Shown here one piece after another: positions 39,025 to 48,264 of a stretch of 64,000 bases of DNA; within the stretch, counting starts at the first letter, position 1; each line of letters starts with the position of its first letter. The translations under genes were made by a program, and so were the position numbers. Source of the DNA: an uncultured Candidatus Rokubacteria bacterium (lineage in GTDB: Bacteria; Methylomirabilota; Methylomirabilia; Rokubacteriales; DASRDR01); NCBI GenBank assembly GCA_963708025.1, contig CAVPSB010000025.1, positions 352,001 to 416,000 on the forward strand, given 5' to 3'. The notes below the pieces were generated by a model. That model was not told where the DNA came from and searched no databases. It saw only the letters and a list, made by a program, of their open reading frames with translations.

Positions 39025-42000
39025 GTGGCCATACCCAGCCGGCGCACCGGCCGGACCCGGCGTCCCGCGAGCCCTCGGTCGGCGTCCGGTGGACTCCGGT
39101 CGCGGGGCCGCACCGACCGGGCGAGGGTCGCGGACCGGGCGCTCATCGCCCTGGGCGAGGCGGCCACCGCCGGGCTGACGCCCGACCAGATGCTGGAGCT
39201 GGTGGCGGCGGCGGCCCGGGCCCTGACCGGCGAGGCGACCGTGCACCTCTGGCTGGTCAACGACGAGCGCCGGGAGCTGCGTCTCGTCGCCGAATCGGGG
39301 CGGCGGCCCGGGCGGGCCGGGAAGGCGCTCCGGCCGCGGCTCAAGTTCAACGAGGGCCTCGTGGGCGAAGTGGCGCGCACCCGTGAGCCGCTCGTGCTGC
39401 CCTCGCTGCGGGACGACCGGCGCCTCGCCAACCCGGAATGGGTGCGGGACCAGGGCTTCGTCTCCTTCGCCGGGGTGCCATTCGCCCGCGCCGACCACCT
39501 GCTCGGCGTGCTCTCCGTCTTCACCTGGCGGCGCCACCGCTTCACCCGCCGCGACGTGGACCTGCTCCGCTCGTTCGCGAGACACGCCGCCCTCGCGCTG
39601 GAGAGCGCGGCCCTGTTCGAGGCGGCCACCAGCCGGCTGCGGCGACTGGAGGCCCTGCGCGAGATCGAGCGCGAGATCTCCCAGCAGCGCGAGCCAGACG
39701 CCCTGCTCGGCCTGATCGTCCGGCGGGCCACCGAGCTGCTCGAGGCGGACTCGGCAACGGTGTTCCTCCTCGACGAGGGCGCCGGCGTCCTCCGACCCCA
39801 TGCGTCGTTCAACCCGCCACCCGGCCTGCGCGAGGTCGCTCTCGGCGAGGGCGTGGTCGGCCTCATCGCGCTCCGGCGGGAAGGCATGATCGTCAACGAC
39901 TACCCGCGCTCGCCCTACGCGATCGCGCCGTACCGGGACCTCGACAGCGCCATCGTCGCCCAGCCCCTGCTGGTCGGCATGGCGGTCGGTGGCGTCATCC
40001 TCGTCCGGCGCAAGGTCGCCGGCCCGCCCTTCGCGGAGGCCGACCTGGTGCAGCTCGGCGACTTCGCCATCCAGGCGTCGATCGCCCTGGAGAACGTCCG
40101 GCTCCTGCGCCTGGCCTCGGCCCGGGCCGAGCGGGTCAAGGCGGCGGCCGAGGTGGGCCGGCTGCTCGCCTCCACGCTCGACGCCGACCGGATCCTGGAC
40201 GTGATCGCCGAGAAGTGCCGGGAGATCCTCGGCGCCCACGCCTTCGGGATGTTCCGCCTCGACGCCGACGGCAGCCTCTGCTACGTCCGGGGCTTCGGGC
40301 TGGACGACGACTTCGTCCGCCACCACACCTTCGCCCTGGGCGAGGGCGTCGTCGGCAAGGCCGCCCTGGAGCGTCGCTCCGTCCAGACGGCGAACCTCCT
40401 CACCGATCCGGCCATCCGGCTCTCGCCGGAGCTGCGCGCCCAGCTCGAGCGCGCCGGCTCCCGCGCCCTGATCGCCACGCCCATCCTGATCCGGACCCAG
40501 GTGCTCGGCGTGCTCGCGGTGTACCATCTCCCGGGCTCCCGGATCCCGGCCGAGGAGAGCGAGTTCCTGGAGATCCTCGCCCACCACGCGGCGGCGGCCC
40601 TCGAGAATGCCCGGCTCTTCACCCAGGCCCGCCGCCGGCAGGAGAGCGCCGAGACCCTGGCGGCGCTCACCCAGACGCTGACCGGCTCCCTCGACCTCTC
40701 CACCGTGCTCTCCTTGGTGGCCGACGGCGTCCGCCGGCTCCTGGGCTCGGACGGCGGGGCGGTCGGCCTGGTCGAGCCCGACGGCGCCATCCGGCTCACC
40801 ACGGCGGTCGGCCTCGCCGTGGACGCGTTCCGGGACGCCGTCATCCGCCCCGGCCGGGGGGTCGGAGGTCGGGTCCTCGAGATGCGGGCGCCCTTCTGGA
40901 CGACCGACTACCTGACCGACCCGCGCATCACCCGGGACTTCGCCGATCAGGTGCGGGCGACCGGGCTGGTCGGCGAGCTGGCGGTCCCGGTCATCGTGCG
41001 CGACGAGGTGGTCGGCGTCCTGTGGGCTCTCTTCGGCCGGCCGACCGAGATCACCGAGGAGGACGTCGGGCTGGCGTCGGATCTCGCCCAGGTCGTGGCG
41101 GTGGCCCTGGACAACGCGCGGCTCTACGAGGAGGCGCGCCAGAGCGCGGCCGAGGCCCGGACGCTCTTCGAGGTCGGCCGGCTCATCGCCGCCACCCTCG
41201 ACCCGGAGCGGGTCCTCGACGTCATCGTCGAGAAGGTCCGGGGGCTCATGGGCGCGCCGGCCTGCGGGCTCTTCCGGCTCGACGCCGAGGGGCTCCTGCG
41301 CTTCGCCCGCGGCGCCGGCCTGTCGCCGGAGATCCTGGAGGGGCTCGCGGTTCGGCTGGGCGAGGGCACCTCGGGGCGATCCGTGGTTGACGGCGTGCCG
41401 GTGTGGACCACCGACCTCCTCACCGACCCGCAGGTGCGGCTCGATGCGCGGTCGCGGGCGCTGGTCGAGAAGGAGGGCTTCCGGGCAGTCCTGTCGGTGC
41501 CGGTCTGGATCAAGGACGCGCCGTACGGGTGTCTGGCGACGTACTGGTGGGAGCCGCACGCGGCCACGCCGCGCGAGGTCGAGCGACTGTCCTCGCTCGC
41601 GACGCTGGCGGCGGTGGCGCTGGAGAACGCGCGGCTGTACGTGGAGCTTCGGGAGAACGTGGGCCGCCTGGAGCGGCTGAACCAGGTCAACCGGGCGGTC
41701 TCGGCCTCCCTCCGCCTCGACGAGGTCCTCGGTCAGGTCGCGCAGGCCACCGCCTCGCTCCTCGGGGTCCCGGTCGTCACCCTGTGGGTCGCCGACGAGG
41801 AGCGTCGCATGCTCACGCGACGGGCCGGCGTCGGCGACCCGGAGCTGCTGGCCGCGATCCCCACCGACCGCGCCTACGGGGAAGGGGCGGTCGGCTGGGT
41901 CGCCGAGCACCGGCGGCCGCTCCTCGACGCTCCGGTCGGCGAGGACCGGCGGGTCCTCCGGGCCGAGATGCTCCGGCCCCGGGGCATCACCCTGGTCAGT

Positions 42001-43827
42001 GGCGTCCCGGTGACGCTCGGCGAGCGCCTGCTCGGGATCCTGTCGATCGGCGGGCGTGGGGACACCGGGCTCTCGTCGGCCGACGTGGCGCTGCTCCAGA
42101 CCCTGACCGGACAGGCGGCCGTCGCGATCGAGAACGCACGGCTCTACGAGGCCGCCCAGCGCGAAGAGGCCGAGGCGGTGGCCCTCGCCGAGGCCTCGCG
42201 GCGCTTCAGCGCGACCCTCCGGCGGGAAGCGGTGCTGGAAGCGCTGGTCGAGGCGGCCGAGCGCGTGCTGGGGCAGGTATGGGTGGCGTTCGCGGTCGAG
42301 CCCGAGACCGGCGCCCTCCGCGTCGTGGCGCGCTCGGCCGAGGCCGCGACCAGCCCCCGGGGACCGGCCGTCGGAACGGTGGCGCTGCGTGTCGGCGAGC
42401 GACTCGTCGGCCACGTGGCGGCGACCGGCAGCCCGCTGCTCGTGCGGGACGTCGAGGAGCTTCCCGCCGACCATCCGTCGCGACCGGACTTCCTCCGGTG
42501 GGGGATGCGGTCCGTGCTGATCGTGCCGGTCGTCGCCAATGGCGCCGTGCGAGCCATCCTGGCCGGCTCCATCCACGATGACTCCCGGCAGTTCAGCGAG
42601 CGCGATCTCCGGCTCGCCCAGGCCGTCGCCGACCGGGCCGCGACCGCGCTGGAGAACGCCCGGCTCTTCGAGGAGCTGACCCGGGCCTACCAGGAGCTGA
42701 AGACCGCCCAGGAGCACCTGGTCCAGACCGAGAAGCTGCGGGCGCTGGGCGAGATGGCGTCGGGGGTGGCGCACGACTTCAACAACATCCTGGCCGCCAT
42801 CCTCGGGCGGGTGCAGCTCATCCTGAGCCAGACCGAGGAGCCGACCGCGCGCCGGTGGCTTCAGATCATCGAGCGGGCCGCGCTGGACGGCGCCCAGACG
42901 GTGCGGCAGATCCAGGAGTTCACCCGGATCCGCCGGGACCAGCCGGCCGAGACGGTCGACCTCAACCAGGTCGTGCGGGACGCCGTCGAGATGACCCAGA
43001 CGCGGTGGCGCGACCAGACGCAGTCGCAGGGGCTGGAGGTGCGCGTGGTCACCGAGCTGGGGGCGGTGCCGCCGGTGGACGGCCACCCGGCGGAGCTGCG
43101 CCAGGTCCTCACCAACCTGGTCCTGAACGCCGTCGATGCGCTGCCCCGTGGCGGGACCATCACGGTCGCCACCCGGACGGCCGCCGGGGCGGTCGAGGTC
43201 GCGGTCACCGACACCGGCGTCGGGATGTCCGACGAGGTCCGGCGGCGGATCTTCGAGCCGTTCTTCACCACCAAGGGGCCGAAGGGCACCGGCCTCGGGC
43301 TGGCCATGGTGTACGGCATCGTGGCTCGGCACGGCGGCGAGGTGCTCGTCGACTCGCGCGAAGGCGCCGGCTCGACCTTCACCATCCGGCTGCCGCTCGG
43401 CGCCGGCCGCGCCGAGCCCGGGACCGTGCCCCTCGCGCTCACCGGCAACGCCGGCGGCCGTGTCCTCGTCATCGACGACGAGGAGAACGTGCGGGACACC
43501 CTCGCCGATATGCTCCGGCTGACCCGGCACGAGGTCGTGGTCGCCAGCCACGGGGCGGAGGGCCTCGAGCACTTCCGGACGGGGCCATTCGACCTAGTCA
43601 TGACGGACCTGGCGATGCCCGGAATGTCCGGCTGGCAGGTCGCCCAGGCGGTCAAGGCGCTACGGCCCGACGTCCCGGTGGTGCTGGTGACCGGCTGGGG
43701 CGTCGAGCTGCCGGCCGACCAGCTCCGGGCCAACGGGGTCGATCGGGTGATGACGAAGCCGTTCCGGATCGACGAGGTCAACTCGGTCGTGGGAGCCTTC
43801 CTGAGCCGGGTCACGTCGCGCACCTGA
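39025..43827 (+). CDS. Hybrid sensor histidine kinase with seven tandem GAF domains and a receiver domain
   Basis: Seven AxALENARL-type GAF ends; VAHDFNN H-box, FEPFFTTK, GTGLGL; receiver DLVMTDLAMP..KPF; no TM segments. Confidence 0.93.
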   Translation: MAIPSRRTGRTRRPASPRSASGGLRSRGRTDRARVADRALIALGEAATAGLTPDQMLELVAAAARALTGEATVHLWLVNDERRELRLVAESGRRPGRAGKALRPRLKFNEGLVGEVARTREPLVLPSLRDDRRLANPEWVRDQGFVSFAGVPFARADHLLGVLSVFTWRRHRFTRRDVDLLRSFARHAALALESAALFEAATSRLRRLEALREIEREISQQREPDALLGLIVRRATELLEADSATVFLLDEGAGVLRPHASFNPPPGLREVALGEGVVGLIALRREGMIVNDYPRSPYAIAPYRDLDSAIVAQPLLVGMAVGGVILVRRKVAGPPFAEADLVQLGDFAIQASIALENVRLLRLASARAERVKAAAEVGRLLASTLDADRILDVIAEKCREILGAHAFGMFRLDADGSLCYVRGFGLDDDFVRHHTFALGEGVVGKAALERRSVQTANLLTDPAIRLSPELRAQLERAGSRALIATPILIRTQVLGVLAVYHLPGSRIPAEESEFLEILAHHAAAALENARLFTQARRRQESAETLAALTQTLTGSLDLSTVLSLVADGVRRLLGSDGGAVGLVEPDGAIRLTTAVGLAVDAFRDAVIRPGRGVGGRVLEMRAPFWTTDYLTDPRITRDFADQVRATGLVGELAVPVIVRDEVVGVLWALFGRPTEITEEDVGLASDLAQVVAVALDNARLYEEARQSAAEARTLFEVGRLIAATLDPERVLDVIVEKVRGLMGAPACGLFRLDAEGLLRFARGAGLSPEILEGLAVRLGEGTSGRSVVDGVPVWTTDLLTDPQVRLDARSRALVEKEGFRAVLSVPVWIKDAPYGCLATYWWEPHAATPREVERLSSLATLAAVALENARLYVELRENVGRLERLNQVNRAVSASLRLDEVLGQVAQATASLLGVPVVTLWVADEERRMLTRRAGVGDPELLAAIPTDRAYGEGAVGWVAEHRRPLLDAPVGEDRRVLRAEMLRPRGITLVSGVPVTLGERLLGILSIGGRGDTGLSSADVALLQTLTGQAAVAIENARLYEAAQREEAEAVALAEASRRFSATLRREAVLEALVEAAERVLGQVWVAFAVEPETGALRVVARSAEAATSPRGPAVGTVALRVGERLVGHVAATGSPLLVRDVEELPADHPSRPDFLRWGMRSVLIVPVVANGAVRAILAGSIHDDSRQFSERDLRLAQAVADRAATALENARLFEELTRAYQELKTAQEHLVQTEKLRALGEMASGVAHDFNNILAAILGRVQLILSQTEEPTARRWLQIIERAALDGAQTVRQIQEFTRIRRDQPAETVDLNQVVRDAVEMTQTRWRDQTQSQGLEVRVVTELGAVPPVDGHPAELRQVLTNLVLNAVDALPRGGTITVATRTAAGAVEVAVTDTGVGMSDEVRRRIFEPFFTTKGPKGTGLGLAMVYGIVARHGGEVLVDSREGAGSTFTIRLPLGAGRAEPGTVPLALTGNAGGRVLVIDDEENVRDTLADMLRLTRHEVVVASHGAEGLEHFRTGPFDLVMTDLAMPGMSGWQVAQAVKALRPDVPVVLVTGWGVELPADQLRANGVDRVMTKPFRIDEVNSVVGAFLSRVTSRT

Positions 43828-43914
43828 GAGCGTGTGAAGGAATGGGACCCCCGGCTCCCCCCCGGCCAAAGGCCGAAGGCCGTCGACGGATCGGGTAGGC
43901 GCGAGGTCCTGAAC
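43826..43914 (+). repeat. G/C hairpin intergenic element, copy E1
   Basis: TGAGAGCGTGTGAAGGAA..CCGGCTCCCC..CCAAAGGCCGAAGGCCGTCGA..GGGTAGGCGCGAGGTCCTGAAC. Confidence 0.8.
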
Positions 43915-43916
43915 TG

Positions 43917-44006
43917 GAGAGGGTGTGAAGCAATTGGCCTCCGGCTCCCCCCTCCCCCCGGTGGGTGGGGGAGGGGGGCTGGGGGGGTAGGCGGGAGGTC
44001 ACGAAC
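43917..44006 (+). repeat. G/C hairpin intergenic element, copy E2 (tandem with E1)
   Basis: Near-consensus copy ending GGGAGGTCACGAAAC-like sequence GGGAGGTCACGAAC, then AA-ATG of trpD. Confidence 0.9.
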
Positions 44007-44008
44007 AA

Positions 44009-45085
44009 ATGAGCAGCCCGGTGATCGTGGAGGCGATTCGCACGCTGGTGGAGCGCCGGGACCTGACCCGCATGGAAGCGGCGGCGGCCATGGAGGCCAT
44101 CATGTCGGGGGGGGCGACGCATGCCCAGGTGGCGGCCTTCCTGACCGCCCTCCGCATGAAAGGCGAGACCGTTGACGAGCTGACCGGCCTGGCCGAGGTG
44201 ATGCGGCTCAAGGTCGCCCGGGTCCGCACCCGGGGTGAGGTCGAGGCCGCGCTGACCGGCACCGACCGGGAGATGCTGATCGACACCTGCGGGACCGGCG
44301 GAGACGCCACCGGGACCTTCAACATCTCCACCGCCACCGCGTTCGTGGTGGCCGGCACCGGCCTCAAGGTCGCCAAGCACGGGAACCGGTCGGCCTCGAG
44401 CCTCTGCGGCTCGGCCGACGTCGTGGAGACGCTCGGCATCAACCTGGAGCTGCCCCCGGCCCGCGTCGCCCAGTGCGTGGACGAGGTCGGCATCGGCTTC
44501 CTCTACGCGCCGCTGCTCCACACCGCGATGAAGCACGTCATGCCGGCCCGGCGCGAGATCGGGATCCGCACCGTGTTCAACCTGCTGGGCCCGCTGACGA
44601 ACCCGGCCGGCGCCAACGCCCAGGTCATCGGCGTGTCCGCCCGGAACCTGGTCGAGCCCCTGGCCCGGGTCCTGTCCGAGCTGGGCACCGTCCGGGCCTT
44701 CGTCGTCCACGGGGCCGATGGGCTCGACGAGATCTCGACGACCGGCGAGAGCTGGGTCGCGGAGGTGCGCGAGGGTCTCGTCCGGACGGCCACCGTGCGA
44801 CCGGAGGACTTCGGCGTCTCCCGGGCGTCGATCACCGACCTGCGGGGCGGGGACCGCGAGGAGAACGCGGAGATCATCCGCCGGGTCCTCGGCGGTGACC
44901 CCGGCCCGAAGCGGGACATCGTCGTCGTGAACTCGGCGGCGGCCCTGGTGGCCGGCGGCCGGGCCCGCGACTTCAAGGAAGGCGCTCAGCAGGCCGCCCA
45001 TTCGATCGACAGCGGCGCCGCGCGGGGAAAGCTCCAGGGCCTCATCGAGCTGTCGCAGCGCCTGGCGGCCGCCGCCAAGAGCTGA
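44009..45085 (+). CDS. trpD: Anthranilate phosphoribosyltransferase
   Basis: DTCGTGGD, FNIST, KHGNR, GSADV, RTVFNLLGPLTNP, GLDEIS. Confidence 0.97.
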   Translation: MSSPVIVEAIRTLVERRDLTRMEAAAAMEAIMSGGATHAQVAAFLTALRMKGETVDELTGLAEVMRLKVARVRTRGEVEAALTGTDREMLIDTCGTGGDATGTFNISTATAFVVAGTGLKVAKHGNRSASSLCGSADVVETLGINLELPPARVAQCVDEVGIGFLYAPLLHTAMKHVMPARREIGIRTVFNLLGPLTNPAGANAQVIGVSARNLVEPLARVLSELGTVRAFVVHGADGLDEISTTGESWVAEVREGLVRTATVRPEDFGVSRASITDLRGGDREENAEIIRRVLGGDPGPKRDIVVVNSAAALVAGGRARDFKEGAQQAAHSIDSGAARGKLQGLIELSQRLAAAAKS

Positions 45086-45168
45086 GACCGGGAAGAGGTC
45101 AACCCTCCGGCTCCCCCTCCCCCCGGTGGGTGAGGGAGGGGGGCTGGGGGGGTAGGAGGGAGGTCCCA
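45084..45168 (+). repeat. G/C hairpin intergenic element, copy F
   Basis: TGAGACC..CCTCCGGCTCCCCCTCCCCCCGGTGGGTGAGGGAGGGGGGCTGGGGGGGTAGGAGGGAGGTCCCA-ATA. Confidence 0.9.
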
Positions 45169-45801
45169 ATAAACACGCTGGCGCTGATCGGGAGTGCGCT
45201 CGGCCTCAGCCTTGCCTCGGGGCTCAGCCTCTACGGCGCCGCCTTCCTCACCGGGCTGGCCGTCAACCTCGGCTGGGTGCAGCTGGCCCCGGGCTGGGAG
45301 GCGCTGCGAGTCCTGGGGGACCCCATCGTGCTCGCCGTGGCCGGCACGCTCTTCTTCATCGAGTTCATCGCCGACAAGATCCCGTGGCTCGACTCCGCCT
45401 GGGATGCCGTCCACACCGTCATCCGCCCGATCGGCGGCGCCCTCCTCGCCATCCGGGTCTTCGGGGACCTGAACCCGGCGGCCGAGGTCGTGGCGCTCCT
45501 ACTCCTGGGCGGGGTGAGCCTGGCCGCCCACGGCGCCAAGGCCAGCCTGCGGCTGACGGCGAACGCGAGCCCCGAGCCGTTCTCCAACTGGCTCCTGAGC
45601 TTCGCCGAGAACGGCCTCGTCGTCGGCATCGTCTGGCTCGCCCTCGGCCATCCGATCCTCGCGCTCGTGGTCGGCGTCGCCGGCTTCGCCCTGGCGGTCA
45701 CCCTCGTCGTCTGGCTCGGGCGCCGGGCGGTGCTGGCCTTCCGAGGGTTCCGCGCGCGCGCCCGGGCTCGCTTTCCGGCCGGTCCCGGCCGTCTCGGCTG
45801 A
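45169..45801 (+). CDS. DUF4126 membrane protein (start uncertain: ATA 45169 or GTG 45130)
   Basis: ASGLSLY, EFIADKIPWLDSAWDAVHTVIRP, SPEPFSN motifs. Confidence 0.88.
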   Translation: MNTLALIGSALGLSLASGLSLYGAAFLTGLAVNLGWVQLAPGWEALRVLGDPIVLAVAGTLFFIEFIADKIPWLDSAWDAVHTVIRPIGGALLAIRVFGDLNPAAEVVALLLLGGVSLAAHGAKASLRLTANASPEPFSNWLLSFAENGLVVGIVWLALGHPILALVVGVAGFALAVTLVVWLGRRAVLAFRGFRARARARFPAGPGRLG

Positions 45802-45804
45802 GAG

Positions 45805-46809
45805 TTGCCCGAACCGATCCACCTGACCTGGCTCGGGGGCCCGGAGATCGCGGCCCTCGCGATGACGGACGACGAGATCCTGGGCGCCGTCGAGGGCGCC
45901 CTCCTCGCCCAGGGCCGCGGCGAGACCGTCATCGAACCACGGGTCCACTTGGTCCCCGATCCCGTCTTCCGCGGCCACTTCAACGTTCTCCGTGGCTACA
46001 TCGCGCCGCTCGGCGTCGCCGGCGTGAAGGTCGTCGGTGACTACGTGGACAACTACCGGCTCGGGCTCACCTCCGAGATGGCGCTCCTCAACCTTTTCGA
46101 TCCCCGGACCGGGATGCCCCGCGCCGTCATCGACGCCAGCCTGATCACCGACATGCGGACCGGCGCCGTGACCGCCCTTGGCGCGCGGCACCTCGCCCGG
46201 CGAGCGAGCCGGGTGCTGGGACACATCGGCGCCCGCGGCAGCGCCTACTGGAACGTGCGCCTCCTGGACCGGCTCTTCGACTTCGCCGAGATCCGGGTCC
46301 ACTCGCGGCGGCCGGAGAGCCGGGCAGCGTTCGGCGCGCGGCTGTCGGTGGACCTCGGCAAGGCGGTGGCGGTCGTGGACGACTGGGAATCCTGCGTCCG
46401 GGGCGCCGACATCGTGGTCGAGGCCGCGCGGCTCGCCGAGCCGGCGCCGCTCCTCCGGACCGAGTGGATCCGGCGTGGGGCCTGCGTCATCCCCTACGGC
46501 ACCATGAGCGCCCTCGAGCTGTCCCTGACCGACGTGATGGACAAGCTCGTCGTCGACGACTGGGGCCAGTGCCGGAGCGGGCCCTTCGGCGCCCTCCGCG
46601 CCCACGTCGAGGCCGGCAAGCTGACCGAGGGCACGCTCCACGGCGAGCTGGGCGAGATCGTGGCCGGCCGGAAGCCCGGCCGTGAGCGCGACGACGAGAC
46701 CATCCTCTTCTGGCACCGGGGCCTCTCGACCACGGACATCGCCCTCGGCCACGCCATGCTGGAGAAGGCCACCCGCCTCGGGATCGGCCAGCAGCTCCGG
46801 TTCGCCTGA
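45805..46809 (+). CDS. Ornithine cyclodeaminase / mu-crystallin family protein
   Basis: GVKVV, ITDMRTGAV, IGARG, GELGEIVAGRKPGR, GLSTTDIA. Confidence 0.92.
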   Translation: MPEPIHLTWLGGPEIAALAMTDDEILGAVEGALLAQGRGETVIEPRVHLVPDPVFRGHFNVLRGYIAPLGVAGVKVVGDYVDNYRLGLTSEMALLNLFDPRTGMPRAVIDASLITDMRTGAVTALGARHLARRASRVLGHIGARGSAYWNVRLLDRLFDFAEIRVHSRRPESRAAFGARLSVDLGKAVAVVDDWESCVRGADIVVEAARLAEPAPLLRTEWIRRGACVIPYGTMSALELSLTDVMDKLVVDDWGQCRSGPFGALRAHVEAGKLTEGTLHGELGEIVAGRKPGRERDDETILFWHRGLSTTDIALGHAMLEKATRLGIGQQLRFA

Positions 46810-46937
46810 GCGCAAGCTCGGCGACGCGCCGGCGCTCCCTCCCGGGAACTTCCCGCCGACCCCCCGGTCTAAGCAGGCAAAGCGCCGGTCCGGCCGTCCG
46901 ATTCGTGGCCAAATCAGACCGGTGCGGGGAGGCTCTC

Positions 46938-47984
46938 ATGGGGACGAATCGGCGGAAATTCCTGCATTCCATGGGGCTCGGCCTGGTGGCGGCGGCCGGG
47001 GCGCCGGCAGCGAGCGCGTGGGCCCAGCCCTTCCGGATCCTCGGCGGCGGGGAGGCGCGTCCGGAGGGGGTGGCGGTCCCGGGCCGGATCAGTCCCGAGC
47101 TCCAGCGCTTCGTGGCCACGGTGCGGATCGGCTCGGGGAAGGTCCACGGCGCCCTCCAGGTGTTCTGGCTCCACGGGGCGCCGGCCGTCGGCTTCCCGGT
47201 CGCCACGCTCGAGGAGGCGCGCGCGAGCGGCGACCTCCTCATCACCGAGCGGGAGCAGGCGACGGTGCCCGAGCTGGTCGTCGAGAATCGCGGCAAGGGT
47301 CACGTCCTGCTCCTCGCCGGCGAGATCCTGCTCGGGGGCAAGCAGAACCGGGTCCTCACCGAGGACCTCCTGCTGCCGCCGCGGAGCGGCCCGCGGCCGA
47401 TCGGCGTCTACTGCGTCGAGCAGGGGCGGTGGGTCGAGCGGTCGGCCGGGTTCGAGGCCCGGGGCAGCTTCGCGGCGCCGGGCCTCCGCGCCAAGGTGCT
47501 GGAGAAGGAGGGCCAGGGGCGCGTGTGGGCCGAGGTCAACCGCTACGCCAGGAGCGCCGCGGCCCCGTCACCCACCGGGAGCTACCAGGCGATCTACGAC
47601 AAGCCCGAGGTCAAGGCGCATCTCTCCGAGGCCGAGCAGGCGCTCGACCACCGCGCGGCCCCGGGCGCGCTGGGGGCAGCCGTGTTCGTCGCGGACGCCC
47701 TGGTCGGGGTGGATCTCTTCTGCGACCCGACGCTGTTCGCGCGCCAGTGGCCGAAGCTCCTGCGCGCCCAGGCGGTCGAGGCCTACCGGCGGCCGTCCGA
47801 GTCGCCGGTGGACGCGGCGAAGCTCCGGGCGCGCGTCGAGCGGCTGCTGCGGATGGCGGGGGCAGTGGAAGGCACGCTGCGGACGAACGCCGGGGTGGGC
47901 CACCTCTTCGAGTGTCGGCTGGAGGCCCATCGCGGCGCCGCCCTCGTCTTCGACGGCCGAGTGATTCACGCCGCCATCATCTGA
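46938..47984 (+). CDS. DUF6569/ARPP-1 domain protein with Tat signal
   Basis: NRRKFL leader; VPELVVEN..LLLAGEILLGGKQNRV..YCVEQGRW, QGRVWAEV. Family assignment from memory. Confidence 0.75.
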   Translation: MGTNRRKFLHSMGLGLVAAAGAPAASAWAQPFRILGGGEARPEGVAVPGRISPELQRFVATVRIGSGKVHGALQVFWLHGAPAVGFPVATLEEARASGDLLITEREQATVPELVVENRGKGHVLLLAGEILLGGKQNRVLTEDLLLPPRSGPRPIGVYCVEQGRWVERSAGFEARGSFAAPGLRAKVLEKEGQGRVWAEVNRYARSAAAPSPTGSYQAIYDKPEVKAHLSEAEQALDHRAAPGALGAAVFVADALVGVDLFCDPTLFARQWPKLLRAQAVEAYRRPSESPVDAAKLRARVERLLRMAGAVEGTLRTNAGVGHLFECRLEAHRGAALVFDGRVIHAAII

Positions 47985-48170
47985 GCCGGTGGCCAGACTG
48001 AGCCGGCCGGCGGCCCGCGGGATCATGGCCCCCGGGGGCGCGGCCGTTGCGCGCTCTGTTAGGCATCACCTAACGACAAGACCGAGACACGGGAGCGCTC
48101 GGGGGAGGGAAGGCAGGCGCCGCCACTCTTGAACCCCAATCGGTGATTATCCGCCATGCCCCCCTATCGA

Positions 48171-48205
48171 CCCTCATCCCAACCCTCTCCCTGGAAGGGA
48201 GAGGG
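48171..48205. repeat. CCCTCATCCCAACCCTCTCCC..GGGAGAGGG REP-like palindrome
   Basis: 10-bp stem CCCTCTCCCT/AGGGAGAGGG at 48183-48205. Confidence 0.75.
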
Positions 48206-48264
48206 AGCGGAGTAGGAGCAGCGCCCGGAGCCCCGATGAGGGTGCTGTATTCGCCGTTCAGGGG

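Noticed and set aside
43834-44008. trp attenuator leader peptide upstream of trpD
   Set aside because: No tandem Trp codons or terminator U-run; the region is two copies of a generic repeat also found before unrelated genes.
46810-46937. Possible c-di-GMP riboswitch (GGCAAAGC) upstream of the ARPP-1 gene
   Set aside because: Only a short partial match; the P2 stem, GNRA loop and receptor are not found.
48058-48074. GTTAGGC-ATC-ACCTAAC, resembling integron attC core and inverse-core sites
   Set aside because: No complete attC (RYYYAAC..GTTRRRY with L boxes) could be built, and there is no intI gene or cassette array in the window. An IntegronFinder run would settle it.
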